64,000 bases of DNA from Lytechinus pictus (GCF_037042905.1 NC_087245.1:4528001-4592000), one strand, 5' to 3'. Shown: positions 13,159 through 26,769, counted from the first letter of the stretch. Numbers and translations are program-made. Notes: generated by a model not told the origin, from the letters alone.

Positions 13159-13334
13159 TATATTTATATTCACAAGACAAAAATGTACCTGAGATCTTAT
13201 TTCACATTTTACCTGTGAGATATGAGTGATCTTCATTTTCTTGATATTATCTTTAAAATGAATACCGGTATCATTTTAGAGATAATATTAGAAAAGTAAA
13301 GATAAAGTTGATTGTAGAATACCGCCCATGAAAC

Positions 13335-16300
13335 CAACGTTCTCGCCAGGTTCAGTTTCACGGTTGTCGGAGCGAAGCTCCGACGTGCCGCGCAGCGGCC
13401 TCGATGCGTGCGAAGCACGCATAGGGGGGTGGGTGCGAGAGGGGGGATGTGCCCCCCTCCCGCGCGAAGCGCGGTTAGCTTTTGACATTATCCGTATCGA
13501 AGAGCTTATATTGCAGCTAAATGCATCACATTAACCACTTTGCTGCGGCGGATAAATGATTTTTTTCGGCGGCTTCGGCATTGAATTCTATCAGCTAATT
13601 ACACACAGGTCACAGCGCAATGTTGAACTGACAAACGAGCCGAGATTCTCGGCGAGTGGCGAGAGTTCGTGCCCCAACGTCTACCGAGCCTTGCCGTGGA
13701 ATCCTGACCATGTGGCCGTCTATTCGATTGCGTTGGTGGAATATTTGTCAATTATTAAAATTGTAGGCTTATTACTGTTCCATGTCTCGTAATCTGCATC
13801 AATGAAGAATTAAAAAGTTATTCCTTGTTTGTAACCTTGTCCGTATTAGATGTAGATTTATCTCTCTAGTACTAAGTTAGTAGTAGCCCCTTTCCTTGCA
13901 AACCGCACAAGAACCCTGCCGTTATCGTCAAAGACTTAGTGATAATCCTTCGATCGATCAAAAGGCGCAGCTAGCGCACAGGCGAAGGCTTCAAGATCTT
14001 TTTCATTAGCTATTATTTTGCGTCTTTCGATTCAACTTTACAGTTGGATTGGACGCAGTTAATTTATAACAAATGGAATAATTATATGTATTACGAAATC
14101 GCATTTTAATGATATCACTCGTTATTAAAAGAAAATGGGAAATTCAAGAATCTACACCTTTGGTTTTCATGTTAAAACTGAGGAAGAAAGACTGAAAGAG
14201 AGTGAGAGCAAGAGAGACACTGAAAGGTCCGAACTTGATTAAAATGAGATCAACTTGATACTCACTCTGTCATGGGTCTTTCATAATCACAAAACACGAT
14301 GCATACTCATTTATTTTATGGGAAAGACTTACTGAATCGTATTTTTTGTCAAACATCTAGGTCTAACTTTTAACAAGAATACAAATCACAATTTGAGAAA
14401 AAGTAACGACTAAATATGACCATAAATAGGTCTATGATATGACATAATCATGATCGAATACACCTCTCTTTTCCAAGTACCGCTGTTCATACTGTGTGTC
14501 CTAAAAAGGCACTGACTGACAATAAATCCCTTATTCCCAAGGGCCTCATGAGCTTGACCACAGCCAAGGATTTTCACTGCGTAATCATGATTCGGATCAT
14601 TCAATTAAGTAGGGCACGCGCCTTTGTTTACAAAACATGCCAAACATGATGCTTGTCTGCAAGTCTGCATATTCAGACTCTATTTTGCTTTGAATTTTCT
14701 CTAAATCCGCGATTACAAGTTTTCTCAGGTTCTCATCTTTGAATCGAATCATTAGCGATATGTTGATTTAGATATACAAGTAAATTCAATATACAGTTAC
14801 AGGTTATTGGTTAACAGTACAGTGCAGCCGAATTGAAGATTAAAATTAAAGCAATTGCAAGTGTGCGTTATAGAGAAAGACTAATCACCAATTGAACGTG
14901 GTTACCAACCAAGGAAAGAAGAAGTGGTCCGATTTCTCCCCACGTGGACATCGTGGCAAATCCACATTCATGGCGAGTCTGCCCTTAGTTACGATGCCGG
15001 TGGCGCATGGATGGTCAGTACCTATTCATACTTATTATCATCAACGGACCCATTTATCCCTATTTATTGACATGTTCATGATGTGATTCTATTTTGTATT
15101 TCTATTTTGTGGTAGTGCGGTATTTCTCATCGAAATCATCTTCAGGATTATATTACCGACCAAGGCAATGTATTTCATCGAACGAGCGAATTTCGAGAAA
15201 TTGCATTCTAACAACATTCCCTATTATGCGCGGGAATATGTCCTTAGAGAAGGGTAGGGGTTGCCTTCTGATTTTCCGAGTGAAAATTGGGAAGGAGGGA
15301 GAAAGAGAAAGAATTGTAAGAAAAGTAGGAAAAACAGGAGAGGTTCGGGCGGGTCGTATTATTCTGATATCTCTATAATTCACAAAATACATTACAGAAA
15401 ATCACATTGTCTTACGGCTATTGCCCCCTCCGCATTTCAAGTCAAATATCCTGGCACTCAATGCTCCTGCCCTGCCCCATTGAATTTCAATCAGAATATG
15501 GCAAAAACGGGAATTTATCTTTTTTTTCTCAGAGTGATAAAACGGCTTATTATTGATTTTGTATTTGTTGTTTTTTTAACTGCAACTTTTGAGGATTTAA
15601 TATTAACCAAGAACGACTGGTTTAATAATAGTGTCCATCTGAAAACTAGATAAAGACTCAAGCATTGTTTTTGGTAAGAGAAAAATACAACCGCGTGTGG
15701 CGCCAGAAAATGTGAAAAGTTTGAATATAAATTTTTAATTTGAAAAACTACTAGAATTTGTACCAAGCTTCTGCCCATCTCTGGTACCTTAAACACTACC
15801 GTCAGAGAGTGTTTCGTGAATAGCAACGTAGGCGCCTAATTTTCATTATAACTACAAGTATAATTTATTGTCAACGAGTAAGAACAAGTTCTTATAGCTC
15901 CTTGGTTCTAGACATGTCTTTATGCATATTCATTGGGTTGGCAGATGATGACATATCCCCACTTGTTCTTATGTATTTTATTAAGGCGGCAATTGCCCTC
16001 ACGAATACAATTTTTGAGCGAAGAGGAGAGAGGCCACTGCCGCCAAACACGAAGTCTCGTTAGAAAAAAAAGAAAAGCGGGAGAGACGGAGAGATATCCG
16101 CTCTGGGCGATATGCATGCAGCGCATGCTGCACAGTCATATGACAGTGGGCCTTTCGAGCGAGTTGCACGCACGCTAAATAGTAAGGGCACTGATCGAGC
16201 GAAAAGCCAGTGAATGGAGAGAAGACGGAATTTAGGAGGGTTCTCTGCTCGAAACCGAAGCAGACTCAGTGGCGAGGCTCAAATTTCTGACAAGTATGTC

Positions 16301-16482
16301 TTAAAAACAAAACTTTCATGATGAATCTCGTTCATTTCAAAACTTAGTAATGACAATATCTAGCGTGTTTCACGGTTGTCGGTCAGGGTTGTCGGGGACA
16401 TTCACGGTTGTCGGCCAAGGCTCACAAAACTTTCACGGTTGTCGGCGGCCGACAAAGGTGACGCGTGTTGGCGAGAACGTTG
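13335..16482. mobile_element. Non-autonomous hAT-type DNA transposon, 3.1 kb
   Basis: Perfect 14-bp TIR CAACGTTCTCGCCA / TGGCGAGAACGTTG and perfect 8-bp TSD CATGAAAC (13327-13334, 16483-16490). Subterminal TTCACGGTTGTCGG repeats. No transposase ORF recognised. Confidence 0.9.
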
Positions 16483-16553
16483 CATGAAACTAGCTACATG
16501 AAGCAATACAGCTTCGGTCTTTTCTAAATTGCATCATGTACACACTGGCAGTC

Positions 16554-18147
16554 CAGACCTGCCAACCTCTGGGAATGAAAAATTGTATTCTGTGATAAAA
16601 CAAACTGTATTCCCCCCCCCCAAAGTGTATTTTATAATAAAATGCATGGCGCACTTGCTCATCGCGGCGCTCAAGCTACATGCAAGCTAAAATGCGCACT
16701 GCTCTTGCAGATGAAAAAAAAAACATTGAAACATGTGTATATCTTACCCTGGTTTTAACAAAATGATTGAAAAAAAAACCAAGTTACCTGAAATTACATT
16801 GATCCAATAACCATATTTGTGTAAGTTTTATGAAATAGAGACATATAGAGATGATTTTTCTCAATAAATTACGATTCAGTAAAAAAAAACAACATATTTT
16901 TAAAAGAGACAAGTGGAACGCCTCTGGCAGTCTCGCCTGCATTACGCGATTTAATATAGCAGCAGTGCTAACTTTGAAAACTACTATAAAATAATCATTC
17001 ACAAAAACACCATTCATATAATGACATAATACCACGTTCATTGACCATAGATGACATTTGAACGGTGACTTAAGACTTGTCAACTACACCCATGCCACAT
17101 TTCATTCACTCTATCCATAAACTTTCAAAGTTATGATGGCAATTCAACAATTACCCCAACATGGCCTATGTTTATTGACCTTAACTGACCTTTGACCTTG
17201 GTTTTGTGACCTGAAACTCACAGGGGATGTTCAGTGATACTTGATTACTCTTATATCCCAAGTTTTATGAAATAGATCCATAAACTTCAGAGTTAGGATG
17301 GTAATTTAACAAAGACCCCCAACACGGCCAAAGTTCATTGACCTTAAATGACCATTGACCATGGTCATGTGACCTGAAACTCGCACAGAATATTCAGTGG
17401 TACTTGATTAATCTAATGTCCAAGTTTCATGAACTAGATCCATAAATTTTCTAAGTTATGAAGGCAATTCAACACATACCCCCAACTTGGCCAAAGTTCA
17501 TTGACCCTAAATGACCTTTGACCTCGGTCATGTGACCTGAAACTCAGGAAGGATGTTCACTAATACTTGATTAACCTTATGTCCAGGTTTCATGAACTAG
17601 ATCCTTACATTTTCAAAGTTATGATAGTAATTCAACAAATACCCCCAACTTGACCAAAGTTCATTGACCCTAAATGACCTTTGACCTTGGTCATGTGACC
17701 TGAAACTAGTGCAGGATGTTCACTAATACTTGATTAACCTTATGCTCAAGTTTCATGAACTAGGTCCATATACTTTTTAAGTTATGATGTCATTTAAAAA
17801 ACTTAACCTTCGGTTAAGATTTTGAAAATAATTCTCCCAACATGGTCTAAGTTCATTGACCCTAAATGACCTTTGACCTTAGTCATGTGACCTGAAACTC
17901 AGGCAGGATGTTCAGTAATACTTGATTAACCTTATGTCCAAGTTTCATGAACTAGGTCCATATACTTTCTAAGTTATGATGTCATTTCAAAAACTTAACC
18001 TTAGGTTAAGATTTGATGTTGACGCCGCCGTCGGAAAAGCGGCGCCTATAGTCTCGCTCTGCTATGCAGGCGAGACAAAAACGTACTGCCGTATTTTGGT
18101 TGCAAAGCGTACTAAATACGCCCAAAACGTACTGGTTGGCAGGTCTG
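16554..18147. mobile_element. hAT-like MITE (TIR CAGACCTGCCAACC) interrupted by HINE copy 2
   Basis: 14-bp TIR at 16554 and 18134-18147. The flanks TGGCAGTC / TGGCACGT are only partly duplicated. Confidence 0.7.
16908..18080 (-). mobile_element. Helentron/HINE-like element, copy 2
   Basis: subTIRs GTCTCGCCTGCAT (16930-16942) and ATGCAGGCGAGAC (18064-18076). Same internal ~120-bp repeats as copy 1. Confidence 0.72.
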
Positions 18148-18215
18148 TGGCACGTGGCATACCTCTATCTTCTCTTTAAGTGATTACAACTTTTGCCAAT
18201 TCATAACTTTCTTAA

Positions 18216-18799
18216 AGGAGAATGAAACCCTTGAAACCAGCTGAATCCATATCAAAGAGAAAAATCAAAGAAACATATTGTTGAAAGTTTGAGGAAGATT
18301 GAATGAATAATAAGAAAGTTATGAGCATTTGAATATTGAGATCACTAATGCCTTGTAGATCCTCCCATTGGCAATGCGACCAAGATCTGTGATGTCACAC
18401 ACGTACAACTCCCTCATTACTTTAGTACTTATTTCACTTATATTCTCACTTTTATAGAGTCTATCCCAAGGTGAGGTGTTCTCTTTATGAGAGGACAAGT
18501 ACAGAGGTTTCACAACATTATATCATTGATGAATCGTTTGTCATATGATTAGAATGAGCAAAAAGAGATGTTTTGGGGTATATTTTCAGTGTCCAAAAGG
18601 GGAGAGTTGTTCATCTGTGACATAATAGACCTTGGTCGCATTGCCAATGGGATGATCTCCATAGCATTAGTGATCTCGACATTCAAATGCTGATAACTCT
18701 TCTATTGCTAGTTCTATTTTACTCAAACTTTTGTTGATCTTATTCTTTGATTTTTCTGCTTTCACAAAAGCTTACTTGCTCCAAGAGTTTCATTCTCCT
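18216..18799. mobile_element. Kolobok-like MITE (TTAA TSD)
   Basis: TTAA|AGGAGAATGAAAC ... GTTTCATTCTCCT|TTAA, with long internal inverted arms. Confidence 0.8.
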
Positions 18800-18803
18800 T
18801 TAA

Positions 18804-19545
18804 CCCTTTAGCACCTGAACCGCCCGAGACCGCCCTTCCTATTTCACACTGAACCGCCTTTAACCGCCCGTACGTTTTCTTTGCGCTATAGTATCTCTTG
18901 TCTATGATTTACCGTGGTAATATTGCGTGTGCATACCGCATAGGTTGGCTGCTACATAGATCTGCATAGAAAAGTGTATGCTCCTATTGAGTATAATAGA
19001 GAAAAACCGATTGACATGCATCGGTGTGTAGCAAGTTCCAGACTGTTGCGCAGTCGATCTCAGCAAAGATGGCTGCGTCCATGTATCGGAAAACCACTTA
19101 CTTCGCCGAAGAAGCTCGGGCGTTGCTATATGTTCATCAAAACGTTGGATATCACACAGAGTGACATCTAGATGTGAGTTGGAATTAATTTTTGACATAT
19201 TTGATCCAAGATTTGGTGAAAACTTTAGTATTCTGTCAGTGATACTTTACATTTTTTTGAAGGCGTGGGACTGGGGCGGCTGAAACCCGAACTTTTGTTT
19301 TTTTTCTTCTCGCTCTGCAAACAATTGTCAAAGGTCAATATTCGTACATCTGATTGAACTTTGCCATGTACCATTCTATTCAACAGGTCCTATGCTACAA
19401 AATAAATATAACTTGTAATGAACAAAAGTAAATTTATAAAAAACTATTTCAATTTGTTTGGAACAATGCCTACTTATTACCAGTTTTATTGTTTCCTCCA
19501 GTGAGTAATTGCCATTATGCATAGGAATCTGTAGGTGCTATAGGG
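18804..19545. mobile_element. piggyBac-like non-autonomous element
   Basis: TTAA|CCCTTTAGCACCT ... AGGTGCTATAGGG|TTAA. Shares its left TTAA with the Kolobok-like MITE. Confidence 0.78.
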
Positions 19546-19814
19546 TTAAGGACTAGAGTGTGATACAATTTGTTCCAACTTGAATAACGATTTTTATTTC
19601 TTTTTCATATCTTTACCCACATTTTGCTGCACTCAACCCAGGTGAGGTGAATGGGTACCAGGCAGGATTACTTCCTTCAATGCACTAAGCCATTTAGCAG
19701 CTGCAGCTAAATCCGGGGTAATAAATAGGTCACCATTGAATTGCCAACTTCATGAAGATAATCAATGCCTTTATGCTTGATATCAGACCTTAAAATGACC
19801 TGTGTTACCTGTTA

Positions 19815-20196
19815 GACACCGTTCTCGCTACTTCCTAAAAGAAAGGTTGAAGCGATCTTCCAAACCAGTTCATAAAACCACCTCACGATCTCGTTTTCAA
19901 GATTGCTTTGCCTCGTTAAACTGGTTTTAGTGTGAGGACACAACCGTTCTTTGGAAAGTGATCTTCGCACATTTTGAGCGCTATTCCACACACTGTGTGT
20001 AGAATGCCTACGCTGCGGTATCGAATTTCGCGCAAAACATGTCACCCACTGAGAGCGTTCCCATAGCAACAAAATTGCTTTACATGAAGTGATTTTGAAA
20101 ACAACTTTCGTGTGATCAAGTGGGAACGCTATCAAAGCAATCTTCCAAACTGGTTTTCAGTAAACTAGTTTTAAAAAGCGTAATGAGAACGGTGTC
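19815..20196. mobile_element. PIF/Harbinger-like MITE (TTA TSD)
   Basis: TTA|GACACCGTTCTC ... GAGAACGGTGTC|TTA. Confidence 0.8.
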
Positions 20197-20199
20197 TTA

Positions 20200-21822
20200 G
20201 ACCCCTGTTACATCTGAGAGATTCCCTACCTCGGGCCGGCCCGGGGCCTACCTAGGGTCGGAAAGAAATCAGATGTAAACATCCCAAACCTACCTCGGGC
20301 CACCTTTTAGCGAACCTACCTGAGACAACATCCAGAGGTAGTCTCGGGTAGGTATCGGGCCGGCCCCGGTCCACCGATTTGTAGATGTAAACGCACACAA
20401 GCTTTCGAACCTATCTCGGTCCGTTCGCCAGCTGTCAAATTACGTCATAGCGCGCGCTATCCCCTCCCCAGCCCCGTCGTTCTTCTAATGTTTTGCGGCA
20501 TGCGAGATGTGAATTGTGATTGATAAAGTCTTTGATTTGAGTGGAAAGAAGCATGGACCTATTACGAATGGACATTCAACAAGAGCATTTTATGACCACC
20601 ACCTGTTTCCAGCTGTCAAAATCGCTGTCTAACCCTTAACTTTCTCTTTACGCGGTTTTTACGACGACCGCCCAGGGCAATTGTTTACACAAGCTCCTTT
20701 CGGTCATTGATCGTCACCGATCGATCACTGGCCCTCTTTCGACCAAAGTCGGTCATGTTTTAGCCCCGATTACCAATAGGGAAAGTCTCTACATTACCTA
20801 GAATGCAATGCGCAATTCATATCCGGTTTTTCAGTACATTATTTTAGGCTGTCTATAATGTGCGATTGTCGTCTGACCATAAAAAAAATTCCGTTAAATT
20901 TCATCAATCCTGTGGAATTTTGTGCCCAAATGAAAATCAACTTCTGACCGAAGGTAAGCGCTACTATCAACATCAATACTGTCCGAAAAAGATTCATTTT
21001 GAACGTTTTCCCGCACATTTCTCCGTCGAATTTCAACTGCTTTTTTGCCTTAGATATACGGATCTGCAAGGTGATGAAAATGCATTTCATGTGCGGTTGT
21101 TTGCGATGTACGTAAAAAATATGTTTATGCACGCCTGTTTTCTTGTTTCTGCTATCTTTTTCATAGCGCTAACGTTCGCTGCAGAGCGCTAACGTTCGCT
21201 GCTGTGCGTTACTTTTGATAAAGTGAACGAACAACATCGCAATGGGTAGGAGCAGCATACAATTGATTTCCGCTGTCCATCAGTGAGAGCGTGTTTTACG
21301 ACCGGCTTGATGGGCGTCAGCTGACAGCGCTCTGTTTATAAAAGGATTAGCGGTGACAGTCTTCGGCCCAAAGGAGGGGATTCGTCCATGAAAGAAGGAA
21401 GCATTTTAAACTTATCCTTTTCAAGTCGATCATATCTTCAACGACTGCTGGGATCATCAGCATTCTTCCAGAATCTCGGGTAAAGGTAAAGGTAAAGAGT
21501 CGTTTCGACTCTCTCTGGAAATGATCGGCACATGTCCCACCCTGTCATTTCTGTGTAGCAGCCGACGAGTGTAACGATATGTAAACAACTTCAATTAGCG
21601 CGCGCAAATTATTCAGAGCCTAGATCGAGAGCGCCCTTTGGTGTCAGCAATCGGATACCACTCGAAACCGTACCGATAGGGGAGGGAACGAACACTGTGA
21701 TGTAAACAGACCACATTTCGGACTCGGTCCGTTCGCGAAGCTAATCCACCAATAATCCAGTCAAGGTTGCAAGTGGACTCGGTCGGGTCACGGGTAGGAA
21801 ACTTTCAGATGTAAAAGGGGTC
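20200..21822. mobile_element. PIF/Harbinger-like non-autonomous element, 1.6 kb (TTA TSD)
   Basis: TTA|GACCCCTGTTACATCTGA ... TCAGATGTAAAAGGGGTC|TTA, with internal GATGTAAAC subterminal motifs. Confidence 0.82.
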
Positions 21823-21825
21823 TTA

Positions 21826-22880
21826 TTCTCACCTTTCCCTTTACCTATCCTACATACATGTAGTAAGGTCACTAATCTAGGTCACCTCAGACTCAAAACA
21901 ATTTCCATAGTCAGTCCAGGTCCTAACCATAAGCAATATACATTGTAGATCAAGGCCATGTTTGCTTACAAAGAGAACGTTCTCATCATACTTTCTAAAA
22001 CTTGTTTACTAGAAACCAGTTCAGGAAACCAGTTTGGAAGATAAACACACCATGATATTATCAAGTTAGCGGAGGGGTCGAGGTGCAGGTTGCAAAAGCA
22101 TGGTCTAAGAATATGTTGGAGAGTAAGAAATTAGAATATACATGACCAAAATAATAATATAAAACTGAAATGCAAATCAGCACTGGGAACAATGGAAAAG
22201 ACGATTTGGAATGATCACAAGCGAGGAAAGAAGCCCTGGGTGGTTACTTCCATTGATGAGCAGATACCATGCATTATTAATGCTTGATATTAGACCTTAA
22301 AACGACCTGTGTACCTATTATTTTCACCTTGCCCTAAGTTACTTATCCTACATGTAGTAAGGTCACTAATCTAGGTCACCTCAGACTCAATCAATTTTCC
22401 ATGGTCCATAGTCCGTAACCATAAGCAATATACATGTAGATCAAGGCTATGTTTGCTTACATTGAGATAAACCAGTTGAGGTCTATTAGCTTATAACAAT
22501 ATGGTACTATATACTCATATCACACTCTGGCGCTGAATTGTTGAGATACCGAAGATGAAAATCAACACTGGGAACTATGGAAAAGACAATTTGGAATGAT
22601 CACAAGCGAGGAAAGAAGCCCTGGGGGCCACTTCCATTGAGGAGAGGATACCATGCATTATTAATGCTTGATATCAGACCTTAGAACGACCTGTGTACCT
22701 ATTATTTTCACCTTGCCCTGAGTTACTTATCCTACATACATGTAGTAAGGTCACTAATCTACATGTAGGTCGCCTCAGACTTGAAACAATTTTCCATGGT
22801 CCATGATCCCTGACCATATTAAAAGCAATATAGATCAAGGCTATGTTTCCCTACATTGAGAAAAAAACCAGTTGACGTCA
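21826..22880. repeat. Tandem ~384-bp repeat (3 copies; the first starts at ~19773 and is split by two transposons)
   Basis: ATGCTTGATAT(C/T)AGACCTTA at 19773, 22280 and 22664. GTAGTAAGGTCACTAATCTA occurs three times. Confidence 0.85.
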
Positions 22881-23468
22881 CTTAGCCTACAACAATATGG
22901 GCCTACTTCAGTCAATCATGAGATGTGCACACTGTGCAATCTCGATGAAACTTCAAGCAGTCCATTAAAAAAAAATGTCAAAAATCTTATACAAATTATC
23001 TTTTATTCAACTTTACAACTTCAAATGTTTACATCATCAAGAAGAATTATTCTCTCAAATAAGCTAATTTTAAAATTTCTGCTTTCGAAGACCAATTACT
23101 ATTTTGGCTACAGTATATACAGAGAACCTTCCCTGGTGACTTATGGTTGGTTTGGAGGTGGCTGGTCACATATTAAATTATTCTAAACAAGTAAAAAAAA
23201 TTTACCTTGTGTTTTTTTATGCTCTGAATTTCTTTAGCATTCAAATTCAATCAAGTACTTCCATGGGTTATTCATCAATTTCGCCAAGTTTAATATCATT
23301 TTAAAGCTTTTTTTTCATATACAGATGAAGATATAAATACAGTGAGGAGAAAGAATAGATTGCATCATAAATGTTTAGCCCCAATTTCCATATCAGATGT
23401 CTTGCCATTTTGTCCATTCCCATTTACATGTAAATGGTTTCATATTTTCAACAAATGGAAGCAGATTA

Positions 23469-23611
23469 GGGCTCCATAACACAAAGGTTTGCAATCAATC
23501 GCTAAAAGCCAAAGACTGATCAAGATCATCGTTGCATGCGCACTCTGTTTGAAATACTGACCTAGAACCAATCAGTGGGGTTCTTTTGCAAACCTTTGTG
23601 TTACGGAGCCC
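23469..23611. mobile_element. Small palindromic MITE
   Basis: GGGCTCCATAACACAAAGGTTTGCAA is inverted as TTGCAAACCTTTGTGTTACGGAGCCC. Confidence 0.75.
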
Positions 23612-24402
23612 AGGTGAGTCATTATACATGTCAATGATCCGGGGGGGGGGGGGGGGGGGGGGCCACTTCCATTGACAAGTGGATACCATGCGCAACCATG
23701 GGGTCTCGAAAAGCACCCTAAACATGTATTTTCCATTTTCTGAAAATGCACCCCTTAACAAGTATTGGCGTGTGAAACTCTACCCTTAACAAGTATTGGA
23801 AACAAAACGATACTCTTGGCAAGTTCCCTGAATTGCATGACGAAAACATCCCATTAGAAACAGCACACCAGATTTTCACACTGTTACTGAAGATTTAATC
23901 CTGTAATCCTAAGACGCTTGTCCTTAATACAATTACTACTAATACACCTCTTCTATTGTGTTTCTGGTAATACTATAATCCCCTCCAAGTATTGTACTAA
24001 GCCGGACAGTTATATGCAAATTAACTTGTGATGTGGGGAGGGGGGGCTGTGCATACAATCATTCCCTGTATGTTATCAATAAGTTTTCCTAATTGGTGAA
24101 ATAAAATGAACTACATAATTTGTGGGGAGGATGTAATAGATTTGTATTCCTTCTATTTATCATCATTATCAACCAATGGAGCTATTTACACGATTTACCC
24201 CTGATAGTTTACCTCTCCTCCCTCTTCTATATTTAGTTCATACATTTTATATTTTAAATGCATTCTGCATTTTATATCTTCAAGAAGAATATATTTTCCT
24301 TAAATACTTTATAAAGTGAATATGAAGATAACAAACATCTGAATATAAGCAAACTTCTTTTAGTTTCATATTTAACAGTAAACATGCACTATGTATATTC
24401 AT

Positions 24403-24551
24403 CAGGGGCCGCGGAAGTGGGGGGACTATAGTGGGACTATAGCCCCCCCCCCCCAAAAAAAAAAAAAAAAAAAAAACGTAAAAAAATGATCATAGGATTG
24501 TGGATTTTTTTTGCATGGTCCCCCCACTTTGAAACCGTTCCGCACCCCCTG
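24403..24551. mobile_element. Small MITE (CAGGGG...CCCCTG ends)
   Basis: CAGGGGCCGCGGAAGTGGGGGGAC vs GTCCCCCCACTTTGAAACCGTTCCGCACCCCCTG, with TTCAT on both flanks. Confidence 0.55.
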
Positions 24552-24985
24552 TTCATAATAATAAGTTATAGCATTTATGAGGCCCGGTATGAGGCACAAA
24601 TTAACTTTGCCTATTCAATGGTGCAATAATTATATATGCAAGTATAGTTATAATTCACGTATATTATTCATACATGTAGTTATAATAAGCTGTGGTCCTA
24701 TACTAAAATAAATGTAAACAAAACTAACTGAAATGGCATTTAGCACCCCCTCACCCTTCCAGTTCAGAAGTGAAGGTCATAAAATTAAATTATTCACCAG
24801 AGATGTGTATAATACTTTGATCAACAAATGTGTATCCACACAAGGACGAGCAGATACAAAGCTTGCCGTTTCGAGAGGGCCTTTATAGAGTACAAGGAAT
24901 CATAGCTGCAAATTCAGACTTTTTAACTTGGAAGGGTTTCCACAGCAGACTACACTTAGACCACTATTATCATCTACCATCTTAA

Positions 24986-26488
24986 AGGACAAGTCTAATA
25001 CAACAAAATAGTTTATATGAATAAAACGAGAAAAATTCAACTTGCATTGAAAATCGCATTGAAATCAGATGTAAAATAAGAAAGTTATAACATAACAAAA
25101 CACTTGGGCCTATGTGCACATCCTGCATAGTCGATAGGCAAATTAGAGGACTGATGACATTATCCAGTCACTATTTCTTTGTATTTCGTTGTATTAAATA
25201 CAAAATATTCGAAATATTCTCCCAATTGTTATGTTAACCAAAATTTCATATTCTTCTTACTTAACATCCAATTTTATTGAAATTTTCATGGTTACATTTG
25301 TATTTATGATTTATTAAAATCATCATTTTTTCTGGGGTGGTCATGACCTTTAAGTCAGTTGAATAGAAACCGGTTTTAAAGTTAAAGGACAAGTTCATCT
25401 CAATAAAAAGTTGATTTGAATAAAAACAGAAAAATCTAACAAGCACAATACTGAAAATATCATCAAAATCGGATGTGAAAATAGGAAAGTTATGACATTT
25501 TAAAGTTTCGCTTCGATTTTACAAAATAGTTATATGAACATCCCGGTCATTATGCAAATGAGGGAACTGATGACATCACTCACTCACTATTTCTTTTGTA
25601 TTTTGCTATATGAAATGTGAATTTTCTTCTCATTGTCCTGTGAAACAAAGTGTTTTTTGCCTTGAACATGTGGAATTACCATTGTTTAACAGTTATGATT
25701 CAGTAAAGTTGGTCCTTATTGTCAAATCTGTTAAAATCTAAATATTGTATAATTCATACAATAAAAATACAAAAGAAAGAGTGAGTGAGGGACATCATCG
25801 ATTCTCTCATTTGCTTGTGACTAAATTGTGCATATAACTGTTTTGTAAAAAATAAGCGAAACTTTAAAATGTCATAACTTTCTTACTTTTCATCCGATTT
25901 GGATGAAATTTTCAGCATTATGCTTCTCTGATTTTTCTCTATTGAATAAAATCCGGGGGGGGGGGGGGGGGGCGGCACTCAGTATATAATGCATAGTGGG
26001 TATGTGCCGCGAAGGGGACCCCAATTTTTACACTAAAATTTCCGTTCCAAGGCAAAGCATTTTCGTCTTCTTGAGAAAAAAAAGAAATCCGATCCAAAGC
26101 ATATCATTTTGTTCTTATCGTGAAAAAAGAAAGAAATCCGCTCCAAAGCTTCGCAAATTTTCCGTTACGCCGTTCCGGTCGCATTGATCTGCTACAATGA
26201 GCCGCGATTTTGGTGAAAAGCGGCCGCGGAGCGCTGCCCGACTATCGCCGCTTCGCTAGCGCACCCGGCGCCTGTGCCGCCGGGCAAGCTGCATGCACGT
26301 ATGCCCGTTCCATAGGGATGCATAAACATTTGTAGTTCCGAAACCTGTTCCGAGGAAACCTCCTTTTACAATTTGCCCGCTCCAAAGCCCCCGTTTTTTG
26401 TCTCGCCAGCGGCACATCCCTACTACTTTTTTGGTCGAGTGCCCCCCCCCCCGGATTAATAAACATGTTTCTGAGGTGGACTTGACCT
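24986..26488. mobile_element. Two adjacent Kolobok-like MITEs (24986-25349 and 25386-26488); the second contains a CCGGG-ended MITE (25953-26454)
   Basis: TTAA|AGGACAAGT ... (A/T)TGACCT|TTAA termini occur twice, with homologous bodies. The nested element has CCGG(G)n...CACTC / GAGTG(C)nGG termini. Confidence 0.72.
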
Positions 26489-26769
26489 TTAATGGGAATG
26501 CTCGAAACATGCAGTCTTGGAATTGATCATTTAAAGAGTAGAACAGGCTGAATATATGATTTTGACTGAAGAATAATCAGATAAACATCACAAAACATTG
26601 AAAATTCAATCATGCTACATGTACATCTAGTTGTTAAAATGCTAGGCCCAACAGTAAGAAATTAAAGTTAGGCCTTGTAAATGTATTATTTTCCAAACTC
26701 GGGCGGGAGTCGATCGAGTCTTGCGCAATAATCGCGATCGCGAGCATTCGTGCTCCATCGCATCTAGGG

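Noticed and set aside
20839..21192. Transposase or Myb-like ORFs in the Harbinger-like element
   Set aside because: Short ORFs with no recognisable DDE or Myb/SANT motifs.
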